Origin: Eledone cirrhosa
Taxonomy: Eukaryota
DNA: 64,000 nt
Direction of reading: 5' to 3'
Assembly (NCBI GenBank): GCA_964016885.1
Contig: OZ024745.1
Location: forward strand, 132,432,001-132,496,000
This document shows, piece after piece, positions 14,340 to 30,036 of this stretch (the stretch's first letter is position 1; every line of letters starts with the position of its first letter). Position numbers and translations under genes: made by a program. The notes under the pieces are model-generated. The model did no database searches and was not told where the DNA came from. It saw only the letters and a list, made by a program, of their open reading frames with translations.

Positions 14340-14470
14340 GGGACTGTGTGGCTGAGTGGTTAGAGTATTGGATTCACGATCGTGAGTTGTGATTTAGATT
14401 CCTGGACTGGGTGATGCGTTATGTCCTTGAACAAGACACTTTATTTCACGTTGCTCCTTTTATCCGGAGT
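14340..14470 (+). mobile_element. tRNA-derived CORE-like SINE (decayed)
   Basis: TGGCTGAGTGGTTAG A box and GTCCTTGAACAAGACACTT core; sister copy at 44729-44870. Confidence 0.7.
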
Positions 14471-14834
14471 TGTGACCGATAGATAGTACTAGCAACTGGA
14501 AAGACCAATGGAAACATTGTTTCCTCGGTCCGATTTGAGCAGTATGTTCTAAGTAACAACATCCGTTCTGAGATTGTCCCTGTGTGTAGGTGTAGCTGGC
14601 GGTGTAAATTTCGTGTGAATTCCTTTTTGCAGGTCTGGTGTATGTTTGATGAATCCTGAATAATTGAGGCCTCAAGGGAGGCGGATATTTCTGATGATGT
14701 TAGGGATGACATCATTCTTCAAACAGCGTTTCAGAGAATTAATCTGACAGCCAATTGTTACTTGTTTCTCAGATAATCTAAAAAGTCCCTTTACGGTTGC
14801 TACTGGTCCTAGCTCAGGTGTAAAGATAACAGAG

Positions 14835-14915
<81 letters not shown>

Positions 14916-15089
14916 ACACTCTGTTATCTTTATTTATATATACAACACTCTATTATGTTTATGTATATATATATATATATATATAAATATATATATATAC
15001 ACACACACACACATATATATATATATACATATACATAAAGATAACAGAGTGTTATATATACACATATTCATAAAGATAACAGAGTATTT

Positions 15090-15137
<48 letters not shown>

Positions 15138-16648
15138 CATATTGAAGTGTTAAATATCTTCAGGATTATTTCATCGCGATATAATAATATAGAGATATTA
15201 ATTCTGTCGTTGGTGTTGCCAAAATATACCATAACTTAGGATTTGGCAGAAGTAAGACACCACATTCTCTAACTCATCCACCAATAGAGGGCGCAGTTAA
15301 TACCAGAAATATGTCGCTATCAATTCACTAAGCAGTATACCCACCCCAGAAAAGATTTGAAATGATTTTCCGCTTCGTCTTTTCTTCTTTGAATTCTGAT
15401 CGTAAACGGATACTTAATTGGTAAATTATTTGAAATGCTCAGAAAAACAAACAGTTTAATAATGCTTTACATGGAATTATATTTCATTCAATGTTTCCCA
15501 TATAAAACAATAGAGTTAGTTTAAGATTAATTGCATCATCAAAATTGACTTGCAAAATATAAAATATCCAAAGGAAGACAACTGTAGCAGCAACAATTTA
15601 TTTTATTTTATTTTATTTTATTTTACCCTTTACACCAACAAAATGCCGCAATATTAATTTCAAAACTTTACAGTTTTAAAATTAATTTCTCTCAAAGAAA
15701 ATAAGTAGGAAAAAAAAATCAGTGAAATTATGAAAATAAAAGTTAAGGTAAAAAATTACACTTCATAGAATTTAACCTCGTTGTAAGCTGTATTTTTTGA
15801 AGATTTTAATTTTAATTTTTCTCATATAGGTCTTAATAAAAATACTAGCTTTAATAATTTAAAATTGCTAAAATGTTGAAATAATTAAACGTTCGTTTGT
15901 TACAGTCTTATCACAGTTTTAATTATTTTAAAAAGTTATAGCTTATGGAAGGGACACTGTTTCAATGACGTTAGCTTAATTACGTATATTACATACAGTT
16001 TACCTGACGTGTATCTAATTAGTGAACAATTTATCGTGGATTTCAGTGCATTACAAATTAAAATAAAAGCTAAAATATAACAATAAATAAAATAATGTAC
16101 CTTTGTTTTCTATTTCAAATTTAAATTATATTTTGTGCTTGACAGAATTCTCCTTTTAGACCCAATTTTCCCCCAAAGCAACTAATCAATGATTTCAAAT
16201 TACTTAAAGTTAACTAGACTACTTTATTCTGAATATGTCATATAATACAAGGCATTATGAAGGAAACGTTAGACTCAATCGAAAGTAATTAATTTTCTTC
16301 TCTTCCATCATTTATTAGGTATTTTGTTGAAATACTGTAACAATATAATCGTCGGAAAAGAATTAAACAACTAAATTCCATTATTAATAGGTTCTTCTCT
16401 TGAATAAATATAATGGTTATATATTTGCAAAGTCAATTTTGTAGCGAAGCATTTTAAGTTGATTCAATTGATACGGTCGTTTATGAAGATAGTGAAATGG
16501 TTCAATCGGGAATCCATGAATGACTTCAAGTCACATTTACAACAAAAATAAAGAGATCTGTGTATTTAAATTTGAAACCGGTTACATATTTCGCTCGAAA
16601 AGAGTTCACCTCTTTTATTCAGCGTTTATATTGATAATTTATTATAAA

Positions 16649-17192
16649 CTAGCTGACGTACCCAGCTTTGCCCGGGTAAACAGATGATAAGAGAAAACAG
16701 CTGTATTGGATGCGTTATTTGGTTTACAGCACGAGGTGTGACTGTGGTGTGTGTGTATGTGTGTGTGTATGTATATGTGTATGTGTGTATGTATGTGTGT
16801 GTGCTCGCAAAATAAAAAAAAACAACAATAAAATAATAAAAAGTGTTCCAGATACACAAGATCTATCTATTGTCCATGGGTAAAAAGTGATTCTCTTGTA
16901 TTCAATCCTACAACTTCGAAACTCTGAACCTGAGCTTTATTTATAGCAAACCTGGCTCTAGTAGGGAACTGAAGTCTTGAAAATGTAAACGGCAGTTCGG
17001 TAGAGGAAGGGATGAGAGGAATCTTGGGAATAAATGTATTTTCTCCTTGATGCTTGCCTCCAAGAATATTTAATTTCTAGAGGTTAGTTCATCTTCCGCC
17101 TAACTGTAGAGCGTGTGCCATTGTATAGATGTGGCTGGTCCAGGTTCCTCAAAATGATAATGGGAGTTGCAGTCTTTCATATTATATATAGA
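16649..17192 (-). mobile_element. Internally deleted Helitron with Pif1-like helicase C-terminal remnant
   Basis: Minus strand translates ILRNLDQPHLYNGTR and FIPKIPLIPSSTELPFTFSRLQFP..FAINKAQ..FTHGQ; 3' hairpin ACCCGGGC-AAA-GCTGGGT then CTAG|T; probable 5' end A|TCTATATATAAT. Confidence 0.85.
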
Positions 17193-17629
17193 TAATTATA
17201 TATAGATATAGCTAGGAAGGTCAGCAGCCCGTCAGAGGAAGGAGACCCGCAAGTTGGGGTGGCTGTTGCAGCGAGTGTCACTGTCATTGTCCGCACGGTA
17301 CAGCACCAAACACCACCACACCCTAGGCCCAGAGCCCATCACCTTCCACCCCTCTTTATCCCATCCTCATTTGTAATGTTATTTATACAATTGTAAATAC
17401 AATTAGTATATTACGTCATCATGTGAAGCGAGAAGAAAACATTCTTCCTGTGGAAAAGAATCAGGAGATTAATCTTCTTTTTAGAATGGCACAATTATTT
17501 CTTGCTACCATATATGGAAATGGTATTAAGAAAAGTAACATAATTGCGGGCGGTTTTCTGCTAGCATATGTAGTGTGCATATTTGTCTTCTACGCAAATA
17601 TATATATGTAAATAGAAAAGTAAATTGAT

Positions 17630-18200
17630 ACTATCTTCTTCTTCGCCCACTTATTTCAAACTGATCCCAGCCAAGCTCATTGATGTTATCCGACTATCTT
17701 GCTCAGGGTCTACCTCTGGGTTTCTTGCAGGCTGGGTTTGCCTGTAAAATGTGTTCAGAGATTCTTTACTGAGACATTCTAACCACATGCTCATAATATC
17801 GGAGTTGCGATCTCTCAATTCGGAGAAGTAGCGGCTCTATCAGGAGTGACTCTCTGGTCTCTGAGCGATGCACTTTATTGAATAACATTACTCCAAAGAT
17901 CCGTCGGAGGAATCCCATTTCTGCCGCTTTAATTTACAATTGTATTCTTTTGGTCATTACTCAAGATTCATGATCCTCGGTAAGAGTTGGCAGGAATACC
18001 AGGAAGACAGCGAGTTTGGCTTTTACACCTACCCCCTTCTTATGATTGCTGAATGCTGAAGCTGGTGCATTACTGCACCAGCTCCTGCAATTCTTGCATT
18101 TAATTCAGCCTCCTGCCTTCCATCACTCATGAACACGGCCCCGAGATACTTGAACTTCTCTAACTGCTTCAGTAGAACTCCATTCACACATATATAAATT
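17630..18200 (-). mobile_element. RTE-clade LINE 3' fragment
   Basis: LKQLEKFKYLGAVFMSDGRQEAELNARIAGAGAVMHQL, AAEMGFLRRIFG; same family as 56960-57680. Confidence 0.85.
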
Positions 18201-18316
18201 TGAGGGACTTCTGTCCATCTGTCCATCACGCAATGTGTATGTGTGCTTGTGTGAATGTATGTGTGTGTAAAAGGAAGGAAAGGGATACACACATATATGT
18301 CTAACTTACAAACAGT

Positions 18317-18385
<69 letters not shown>

Positions 18386-19475
18386 CTCTAATTTAAGAAT
18401 GTGTTTGTTTAAATGTATATATGTGAAAGTATGTGTATTTGTGTGTTTGTATGTCCGTGGGCGTGTATCTTTGCAAGTTTGTGTTTGCGCGATTATAGTC
18501 ATATACCCATAATAGTTATATACTCATACATATAGATGTATGTGCACATACACACACGTACGCGTTAGCGTATTGAAATTCATACTCACTATCTGTATCT
18601 CTCTCATCACGCACTCTCTCTTTCTATATATATGGTAGTTGTGGAGGTGGCGGCGGTATACCGGAAGTGTAGAAATTTGAAACTTTGAAAAGATGTAAAT
18701 TTTAAATAAGCAATAAAATTATTTATATGAAATTTAATCCAAATTTAGTACATAAATTATGTAATATTCACTGATTATTTATTCAAAGTAAACCAATTTA
18801 TTTTACTAACTGGTTGAAAGAAATAAACCGTACGCAGTCCCGCACTCCTTACTTTATTATAGTTAAGATAAGTGTGTGATTGTGCCTGTCTACGTGCGTG
18901 TGTGTATGTGTACAAGTGTGTGTATGTGTGTGTATGTATGTGTACGTGTGTGTGTGTGTGTGTGTGTACGTGTGTGTATGTGTGCGAATGTATGTATGTG
19001 TGTGTATGTGTGTGTGTGTGTATGCGTGTAAGTGTGTAAGCCAGCGTTCGAATCGGAGACACTGGCTGCGAAACACTATGATGTCAACGAACGCGCAGAG
19101 AGAACTTCTTATGGTTGATTCCCAACCTACTAGAAATAGCAGTTAGGTTGGGTAACATACCCGGGATGCTTTTTATAAAACTATTATCAATAAACCTTCC
19201 TGGGTATATCCTTGTTCCGTTGCAGTACTTACTTTTCGATTGTCAGTTTTCATTCTTTTGTATTATTATTTTCTCTTTTATATTATGTATAGACGAAGTT
19301 TGGCATCGGAAGAAATGCGTAGGCGTTATTAATATAAAGACTCCGAAGGAAATGTGGCTTACCAATGAATTCCTGAAGATCTGGTAAATATATCTTAAGT
19401 ACCTAATACAATGATGTGAGATCAAATAAGCATTCTGCTTGGATTGCATCTAAATACATGTAAACGCTTCTGATA

Positions 19476-19873
19476 CTCTCGTGTCTCGAATAACCTCCCT
19501 CGTCATTATTATTCTTTCAGATTTCCCTCATTTCTATTCCAAACACCCCGCTTATTAAATTTTGTTACTCTATCAACGACACAGTTTTATTTTATGAGGT
19601 AGCATCCCTGCAACAATTAATTTTCTTTAGACATTAAAAAAGCATTAATCATGACAAAAAAAGTACATTACTAGAAATCCCATAATTTATGAAATAAATA
19701 GGATGGGTTGGTGTCTCAATATGTAAACTAAACGACTAATTCTGTTTTTTTTTTAAATCAAAGGAGACAACCTACAAGAGTTACTGATCTTCCAACCATA
19801 CCCATTTATTCCAACTCCTCTGCTTATTCTCACCGCATTTATTCCAACAACCCTACTATTTGGAACCTGAGAG
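19476..19873. mobile_element. TA-flanked MITE (Tc1/mariner/pogo-like)
   Basis: TA|CTCTCGTGTCTCGAATA ... TATTTGGAACCTGAGAG|TA imperfect TIRs; homologous to 31990-32475 in opposite orientation. Confidence 0.65.
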
Positions 19874-20173
19874 TAGGCCTTCTGGATAGATACGTTATTA
19901 CTCGATGATATCAACTTCATTGATGGCAGAATAAAGTAGATTTCCATGATATTTCTCCTGGTGGTAGAATAATCATCCTTAGAGATGACCGTCACCCAGC
20001 TGCGAGTTACTTTCCCAGAAGACGTAGTGCTTATTCCCGATATTGAAACATCAAACGCCAAGGAAAATGACATAAATACATTTAAAAGTACATCAATAGT
20101 TCGCTATGTTATCTGCTAACACTTCATAAATGACAGCAACTATGTAAAGGAGTTTAACGAAATGTTTTGATAT

Positions 20174-20926
<753 letters not shown>

Positions 20927-21147
20927 TTTTGCGAGGTTTTTGATAAATTGTTAGACTATATATATGTGTTTGTGTCTATATTGTATCTGTATTTTTGACC
21001 GTTGGTCAGTCAATGGTAACTTTGAGGACCGAATAAATTAAATTAACCGATATAAAAGACACATAAGCGAAAACCAACCAAACAGTGAGTGTGTTCTGTT
21101 ATTAATTCTGGCAATATTATTACACAAATATGACCCTGCCCAAATAT

Positions 21148-21198
<51 letters not shown>

Positions 21199-21941
21199 TA
21201 CAAACACACACGCACATATATACACAAGTATTTACATATAATTAACACAGTTTTTCAACCAAAAAGTTTATCATCGAAAGCGAACATCTTCAATGAGAAG
21301 TATGCAAGATGAATATTATTTCAAACATATTTCTGAGTATTCTAAAATCTTACTAGTACTTGGAAAATATAATCAAATATATATTTCAACGAAAAGTACG
21401 TCAAGGGAGAGAAAGAAAGAGTGAATTCGACAACGTCATTTGAAAAGTGGATAAGTTAGACACACACATATGTAAACACAGACATATGCAAATACCTATA
21501 TATGTAAACACATATATATGCAAGCACGTACATTTGCAAATACATACATATGCAAACACATATATATATATGATTGTATAGTAAGTGATAGAAGACCTGA
21601 AGTCGATAGCCAGAAGCTTTTATTGCCTTACACCGAGATAAAAGGAAATTATTGGAATTGTTTTTTTTCTTCTCTTTACATTTAAAAGAAAATTCATTTA
21701 GGATTTTTGAACTGAAAGAAAAAAAAGAGAAAAATGTGAAGTTACTATTGAATAAATTATACAAAGACATCAGTGAAACATTTCCACTTTTGCGTTCTTT
21801 TGAGACAATCTATCATGATTAAATAAGATTTCTCCCTTTAACGAAGCACCCTCAGGGTATATCATCGAAAATAACGATAAAGAATGATTGAAAAAGTAAA
21901 ATTAAAAAAAAAAGACTTCGGTACTCTGTGACTGCGCTTAC

Positions 21942-22126
21942 GAGTTGTTACTCGAGAATTTCATTTTATAAGAAAACGAAAACACGAATGAGAACCGAGT
22001 ATGTTCTAATAAGTTTTCGTGTAAAATTTCTAGCTGAAGTGAAATCTTCAAAAGTTGTATTACAGATATTTTATGGCAACAACATTCCTTGTCTTTGAAG
22101 TAATCATCTAAATACTTTGTAAGAAA
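21942..22126 (-). CDS. Candidate coding exon 2 of an unidentified host gene
   Basis: Acceptor CTTTTATTTTCAG, donor TC|GTAAGC; 185 bp open in frame with exon 1: FLTKYLDDYFKDKECCCHKISVIQLLKISLQLEILHENLLEHTRFSFVFSFSYKMKFSSNN. Confidence 0.55.
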
Positions 22127-22914
22127 CTGAAAATAAAAGCCATAAAAAAGTAATGTGGATTGTAAGAAGGAAAATGTTGCTGATATAAAACAAATGGTGA
22201 GCATGAATTGAAAAGATGACGAACTGATATTATTGGAATAGCAAAAGGAGATTTGGAATAGTTATTGAATTTGATAGTGGAGTTGATAAATTATACTTAT
22301 GACTTTTCCCTTTATTTATATGGCTGTTTTGATAATACCATACATTGCAGATGGTTTTATGCTTACACAATCCCGAGAGGTTTATATAATACAACCAAAA
22401 TATAGAGACTAACATATGAGACACGGATTTCTATCGAATAATAAAAATACTGATTTGTCTTAAATACGTTTGTACCTTATTACTTTTGTTTAATAAAATT
22501 TGCAATGGCTTTACAATATTCCAATGGAAGCATAAAAGAAATATGTGAAATCATTTCAAATATATTTTATACGTTAATTTACAAAATATTTAAATAAGAA
22601 AATAGAGGAGTGGTAACTTATGCATAAATAGCATTATAATATGAGAAACAAAACAATACAACATAGAAAGTGTTAAAACCACAACTAAAATATTTGCTGG
22701 AAGGTGTAACAGAAAAAGTTATGAAAGAATTGAGACATTCACCCAGAAGCTGCAGAATATTTACTATATCTAAATAATAGTTCCGAAGACAACTCATTTA
22801 CCTGGAAACAATTGTTAACAATTCTCAGGTATGTGATTCAAGGAATATTTCTTCTTCTTCTTCTTCTTGAGAGGGACGTGGAGTCAGAGGAAGAGGGAAG
22901 AAAAGACAACTCAC

Positions 22915-23013
22915 CTCAGGCATGATATCAGTCCGCGTTAGAAGGCTAAAGTAGCTTTTGCCAGACCTACTGAGGCCAACATACTTCCTTTCTCGCGTCG
23001 ACTTCGCGGCCAT
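22915..23013 (-). CDS. Candidate first coding exon of an unidentified host gene
   Basis: AAATGGCC start context in a locally CpG-rich patch, 33 codons MAAKSTRERKYVGLSRSGKSYFSLLTRTDIMPE, donor GAG|GTGAGT in phase 0. Confidence 0.55.
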
Positions 23014-23536
23014 TTCATGCCACTATCCCAATATCCCCCCTCTCACTATGTTTTCCTTCTTGCTATTATTCATGTTATTTTTCATGTAACTAAAAATACA
23101 ACAGCGCTGTAGCATCTAAACTGAATTAGTATTTTGAGAATTTGGTTGGTGTAAACTGTAATTAAAATCAAGTGCCGCGGCACACTGCCGATAGCGGTTT
23201 TTAGACACACCGGACCAATGAAACATTTGTTAATACTTGGAAGAAAACCTACTGTTTAGCCGATCCGTGTTATTTTTCACTCCTTTAAACAGATTAAACA
23301 ATACAATATAATTATTCCATCAGATTAAATAGTTATAGTAATAAATATTTCATCCGATGAACGAGCTGGAGGTTTCTGTAAGGATCGCCTACTTTTCTGA
23401 AACCTTTGTGATGGAATAATTATATTGTGTTGTTTATTATGTAATGAAATACCTCAGTACTATATATAGAGCACCTCTCTTTCCTTTACCTTTTCAACAG
23501 AAATACTTAACACAACATATATATACATATATATAC

Positions 23537-23697
23537 GGCTCTGGCCGTTTCGACAGCTAGATCCGAACGTTCGGATATAGCTGTCGAAACGGCCGGAGCT
23601 CAGACGTCGGGGTCCTGACTTTTTTCCTATTACCCACAATACTACCGTAAATATCGAGTACTCTGGTGCGTTAAGGTCCACCTGGTTTCTGCCCATG
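23537..23697 (+). mobile_element. Repeat family A (3' half of an HHR) with 5' fold-back
   Basis: Palindrome GGCCGTTTCGACAGCTA..TCCGAACGTTCGGA..TAGCTGTCGAAACGGCC followed by the shared tail GAGTACT..GGTGCGTTA.GGTCCACCTGGTT. Confidence 0.75.
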
Positions 23698-23913
23698 TGT
23701 AGCAACTATGATTTCCTATTTGTCTATGCCTAGAAAGTATGAAAAATCTTTAATAATCCTTAATACTTTGGTTTTATGGCCATGATAATATTTCTATATT
23801 TACCTAAACCTACTGGGAAAACTGCCGAATGTGATCATTCTCGTTCAAAGTTGCAATAAAATGACATATAATTAAAAAAGTAGCATTTATTTATTCTAGG
23901 ATTAAAGAAATAC

Positions 23914-24200
23914 TTAGATTTGAGTGAGTCTATGGGATTTACGTTTAAGCTGCAAATTGCTTTCACGAATCAGCCCCCATATATATTCACCCATCATGTC
24001 TTCATTATATGATCCTTGATAGCGACGTTCAAAGTTAAGTATATCCTGGTGGAAACACTCGCCTTGTTCCTCACAGTTTAGTTCCATGTAACCCTTGAAT
24101 TTATCAAGATGAGCGTCTAGACAGACCACCTGCAACCCATTTTGCCGACCTTCTTCAACAGGGTATCAACAAGCTCCACATAATTTTCACATTAACGTCT
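23914..24200 (-). pseudogene. Chapaev3 (CMC) transposase C-terminal fragment
   Basis: [62 protein letters not shown] matches the EQGERFHQDI..ERRYQG..MM.DY.W motif as I recall it. Confidence 0.72.
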
Positions 24201-24267
24201 TTATCGATTATAATACAGACCTTAATATGAAACCTCGTTATATATATATATACACACACACACACAC

Positions 24268-24378
<111 letters not shown>

Positions 24379-24391
24379 TATATATATATAC

Positions 24392-24501
<110 letters not shown>

Positions 24502-25499
24502 GATGAAAATAAGAGAAAATGTCACAGAGAGAAAAAGAAAAAGTCATTCTTAAATTAATAATATGGCATATTGTGAGAACACGTACATTAAGAAAACTTC
24601 AAATGTTTAGTATTGCTAGATTGTGCGCCAGCCAGTACGTGAGTTGCATATTCATATCTATATTATCTTATAAATATAGATATAAATATGGAAGTTTTAA
24701 ATATCCTGATTCTAGCTATACCATAAAACATGCATTTATTACAGTTTCGTGGTAACTGATCAGGCATCTATAAAGAATCATTACAGAATCTATAATCTCA
24801 TAAACATACACAAGAAAAAATAGATACCAAGTAACGGCACAAGAACTACATTGTCGCTAGACTTGTTAAGACAAAGCAACGTTTCAAATGTAGTGGGAGG
24901 GTTTATATTAAAGGAACCTACTGTATATGACACAATGGAATGTTAGAATTTCCTGCTGTAACACAGAATTATTAGTTCTAGAACTTGGATTGTTTAACTT
25001 TTAGTTTAACGGAATAATAATCGAACAAACCTACCCATTAATATCAACCGATCGTTGTGTGAAAGTTATAAAAAGTAATATATGAATTTTCGGCCGAAAT
25101 TCAATCATTTCTTTTCTATATGATAAACACAGCAATGTTATTTATTTATATATTTGATTATTTATTTATTCTACTTGATATTTGTTAAGAAGTGGAATGT
25201 TTATGTGGCTATCAATTTTGATTTAAAACACATAATTAAAACAAGCAAACACACAAGACAAAACAAAACTCTATCCTGTCAATTTATGACTGAATAATAA
25301 AGCTTTAATATGACGATTTACGATTCTTTTCGCCCAGAAAAAAATATGTGGACATTAATACAATAATTTAAATTCGCATTTACACGAGATGAGAAAAAAA
25401 TGAACATAAACCACTACAACAACAACACTCTTTCTCTTTAATTGAAGGTAGTTAAATATATATTTAATATTTAATGCGTATATATATATATATATATAT

Positions 25500-25565
<66 letters not shown>

Positions 25566-26244
25566 ATGTATGGATATATGGATATATGCATGTATGGGAA
25601 AAAAAATATATCAATATTTTCATATGTATATATGTATATATATACATATATATATATATGTATAGAGCGAGAAAGAGAGAGAAAAGAGAGACAGCGACAG
25701 AGAGAGACAAATACACACATACAAACATATACATGTATATATTCCTTCATATTTGTATGTATGGTTGCTTCTTAACTCACATATGTGTGCGTGTATATTA
25801 TGCACGTCTGCGCATGCACGCACTCGAGTGTCTGTGTAAATAAATACATGTGCATAAATATGTGTTTGTCTATATATATAAATGACGGCTTGAATAAATC
25901 AAAGACTTGTCTTCGTTGCAATAAAATATTAGCTAGGATGACCAATATATGATTGCTATAAACTTATTAACAGTGAAAATAAATTACTAATTCCCGGACT
26001 AATGTGGTAGAAAATGACTTGTATATAGAAATATAATCTCAGATCATTTATCAATACTATAGTTTCTTAAATCAGACAAAATATATTTCTCTTTGCCATT
26101 TTAACAGGAGGAAAGCATTCAAAGTTCCTGCCGTCATTAATATTCGTTCCTGCGAGAATTTTGAAACACTTGCAGGCTCATCTGCGATGATTATTATTGT
26201 TTATAGCCTGAGATTTTAGTTTTTTCTCCTCTCTCTTTCGAACC

Positions 26245-26315
<71 letters not shown>

Positions 26316-26356
26316 TCTCTCTCTATCTATCTCTCTCTCTCTCTCAATATATATAT

Positions 26357-26888
26357 TACTAGGTTGAGGAAAAGGTTGTTGAGCCGTGTTAAAATAATGA
26401 TTTTTTATGCAAGAATTTATTCAAAAACAACAACAACTATTCTTCAAAATAAAGACCATCATTGTCCACGACCTTCTGCCAACGTCCTGCAAGCTTTCGG
26501 ATTTGGTCAAGATACCAATCCTTCGGCTTTGTATCGAAAAATTCTTGACAGGCTTCTTCAACTTCATCGAATGACTCAAATCGCGACCTTTCATAAAGTG
26601 CTGCATTGATCGGAAGAGACTGTAGTCAGATGGAACAACATCTGGATTATAGGCTGGATGAGGCAGAACCTCCACACTGTCCAATTCTTCAATCTTGTTG
26701 CTGGTCTTTCTGGCGGTATGCGGCTTTGCATCGTCTTGTTCAAACAAAGCACGTTTTCGGCGAACAAGATTTGGGTAATTTTAAACCAGCGCATCGTAAA
26801 CTCGTCAAGTTGCTCGCAGTAAAGTTCACCATTGAACATGACATCAACTGAATGAACACGGCGCACGAACTTTTTCCTCAACCTAATA
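26357..26888 (-). mobile_element. Internally deleted mariner element
   Basis: ~29-bp TIRs (CTAGGTTGAGGAAAAGGTTGTTGAGCCGT / TTAGGTTGAGGAAAAAGTTCGTGCGCCGT), TA TSD; QDDAKPH..LPHPAYNPDVVPSDYSLFRSM corresponds to mariner DNARPH/YSPDLAPSD motifs. Confidence 0.92.
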
Positions 26889-27013
26889 TTTTTCTCATTG
26901 CATAGAGTCGAAATGTTTACACCCAATATTGTTTTCATCATAAAGTAATTTGTCTATAAAACGCTAACTCTTTGAATAAAATCTTATTTGCGAAACCTTA
27001 GTATACAAACACT

Positions 27014-27054
<41 letters not shown>

Positions 27055-27225
27055 AGAAAAAACGAGGAGGTTTCATTTACATATGAAAAATATATATTGT
27101 GTATTGATCTGCTACGCGCGTTTTGCAGGGGATGGGCTCAAGGTAGGTAACCCATAAGAATTATGGCCACTCTGCTTGCGCATAGAGTGCTTGATTTCAT
27201 ACCTACACTAGCATTTCACTGTACT

Positions 27226-27289
<64 letters not shown>

Positions 27290-28454
27290 CGAGAGATTTA
27301 TATATGTATATACATACATATATATATATATATAAGGGCATTAACCCTAACATAGTTATTACGCTAATTGTTTCAACACAATTTCCGTAGGTCTATGGAT
27401 ACCAAACCTATTTAGTTGACGTTAGTTCCCCCAAATGGATCTCAGAACTTCGAGCTAGAAATGGAAGGTAACGTTGCACATTAATCTATATACGATAATC
27501 TAATATAAATAGTAAGAAAATAAGACTATGGATATGTAGTTTTCAAGTGACAACTCCTAACTTTTAAGTTACACAGAATTCTCTATATGTGATAGTGGCC
27601 TTAATTACTCGTCTCTATCTCTGCCTAGATTATTCTTAATACCTTCTTTCTTTTTGCTCATCTAGCTTAATTGTAGCTGATACTATTATGTTACTGGCAA
27701 ATCGAATACAAACATCTAAAATCAAATAAAGACTTCTGAAATTACTAATACAAATTCAAATGAAGGGAACATATAGACACACATCACTTATATATGTACG
27801 TATAAAACAAGTTCCAAACTTCTTATAGAGAGAGAAAATTATATATGCAACAATATAAGAGAGAGGATATCACCTATTATATATTTACAAAGCCATTAAC
27901 CCAAAAGACCTTATAATGTATACTAGAGGCATGTTGGAATATATGTGAAAATGGATGTAGCCGGTACCATAATAATTGCTACACTTGCAACCTTTCTAAG
28001 ACCCTTTCAAGACCCCTTTTAAGACTGTGTGCATCTAAAGAACAGGCTATAATATTACACAGCTAGAAATAATGTGTAAAAGGTGTCAAGATAAACATTA
28101 ACATTTATTCTAGAAAATGAAGGATCTTCACGGAATTCATTTTGTTTGTTATTATACAAAACAAAACAGATAAACAATTACTAGTGATAAGGCATTCGCT
28201 TATTTAAGTAATCCATTTATTCCTACAAAACTGGAAATAAAACTTCCAGCTAATATGAACACAAATATTTTAAAAACAATAGAAATAATCCATTTTTGAA
28301 AATAATTAGCACTTACAAGACTTCAGAAAGTCACCGAATTCTTTTAAACATATACGAATAAATTAGATACATTTAATACTGGTTCCTGTCTTTCTTTCTT
28401 TCTTTAATTATTTAATTATTTATTCTTTCTTTCTTTATTATTTATATATTTAAT

Positions 28455-28639
28455 AATTGTTTCTACTATTGGCACAAGGCCAGCAATCACCCAGTGCATT
28501 ACTGGTACTTTATTTTATCGACCCGTAAGGATGAAAGACAAAGTTAACCTCGGCGGGATTTAAACTCAGAATGGCAATGGCCGTAACTCTATGCGTCAAA
28601 ACATGGCGTCCGACCCTCTACCGATACTGCCAATCTACC
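28455..28639 (-). mobile_element. Nin-domain SINE
   Basis: Near-full-length match to the other copies. Confidence 0.88.
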
Positions 28640-29879
28640 AATGACATCGATTTTAGCAAATTAAATACATTAAATAAATACAAACAGCCACGTCCCAAAA
28701 TAACTTCTATACCCATCGTCTCGAATACAACGTTTCTCTATTAATATATTATCATTCAAAATAGAACTCCTTAAAAGCTACATCAATCGCACCACAGTAG
28801 CTTGAAATCAACACAGGTTCCACTGTTTAGTCGCAAACACAATAGATTAATTTCTCAATCCAACCAAATACTAATTACGGTCAAATGATCAAGTTACAAA
28901 CGTAATAATGAGGAGTTAATCTCTTGTGTCTTATCCACTCTTGCTTTCTATCACATTAATTTTAATCCTAATTTATCATTACCAACATGAAGATTGTATT
29001 AATTAATTTTAGTAATTAATTACGAAATAGAAGCAGACATTATAGAGACGGGTTACCTCTATTCTAGATCGTAAGTAAATCCCTCAAAACGTCCAATTAC
29101 TCCAGTAGTTTCTCAAACGTCAAGACACATTAGAGCAACGAAAACAAAAGTTCTTGATTTAACTAGCAAGTAATTTGAAATGGTTCTGGTAGGTCATCGT
29201 TTAATTTGACCATCACACCGCTGGCGGTGTATAGAGACCCGAACAAAGCTTTCAAAACAGGGTCGAAACTGGCTGCTTTACATCACTATTTGGATTCACG
29301 TACAAAACAAATTCTATATGAAAAATATTTCTGTGATAGAGGCTAAATAATTCCAAAGCCCTTCACACTCTGCCTTTAGCCCAGAACTCTACAGCCACTG
29401 ACGTGTGAGAGCTTGATCTACATCAGGCCCTTAACTACGGAGAACATACTGCCCATGCAGTGGTTTTTGCTCAGTCTCTGTTGGCCTTCATATTTTACCA
29501 ACACTGATATTCTTTGCGGCTTTAATTGCAGAAACGCCATTATTATTTTCACATTGTATTCCCAGTTCTTCTGCAAACTTCCTACTTTCCTTTATGACTG
29601 AATGTAACCTCTTCCTTCCTTCGTGAACAGAAAAGTTAAATTAAGGGTGTCATGTCAGATAGACATGCGCCATATCACCCGTAAAATATGCTCCAAGATT
29701 CCAATGAATAGATCCGAGCATTTTATATCAACTAGAAATTGATTGACATATAAATATATCTAAAATAAACATATGAAACAATCACAGGGGATAATTTGTA
29801 AAAGTGTGTAAGCACACATAGCTATGTAGGTAACTAATGAAATTTAACTAGAACTTCAAAAATAGATAACTTATAGTTG

Positions 29880-29910
<31 letters not shown>

Positions 29911-30036
29911 GGAAAAGAGTCAGAACCCGACAGCTGAGTTCCGGCCGTTTCGACAGCATCTAGGGTTCAATCGCAGGTAACCACAGTAAGTAAGGTACTC
30001 ACTACATAGCAGAGCACAAATATTTAATATAAAAAT

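Noticed and set aside
24735-24770. Minus-strand CTGATCA-GT-TACC-AC-GAAAC-TG-TA
   Set aside because: Core G8 mutated, 2-bp stem II, no adjacent stem I; plausible by chance.
27108-27190. Possible minus-strand HHR (GCAG..CTGC-AAAA-CGCGCG-TA)
   Set aside because: The 3' half resembles PLE HHRs, but the CUGANGA box is unrecognisable and G12 is mutated; too decayed to call.
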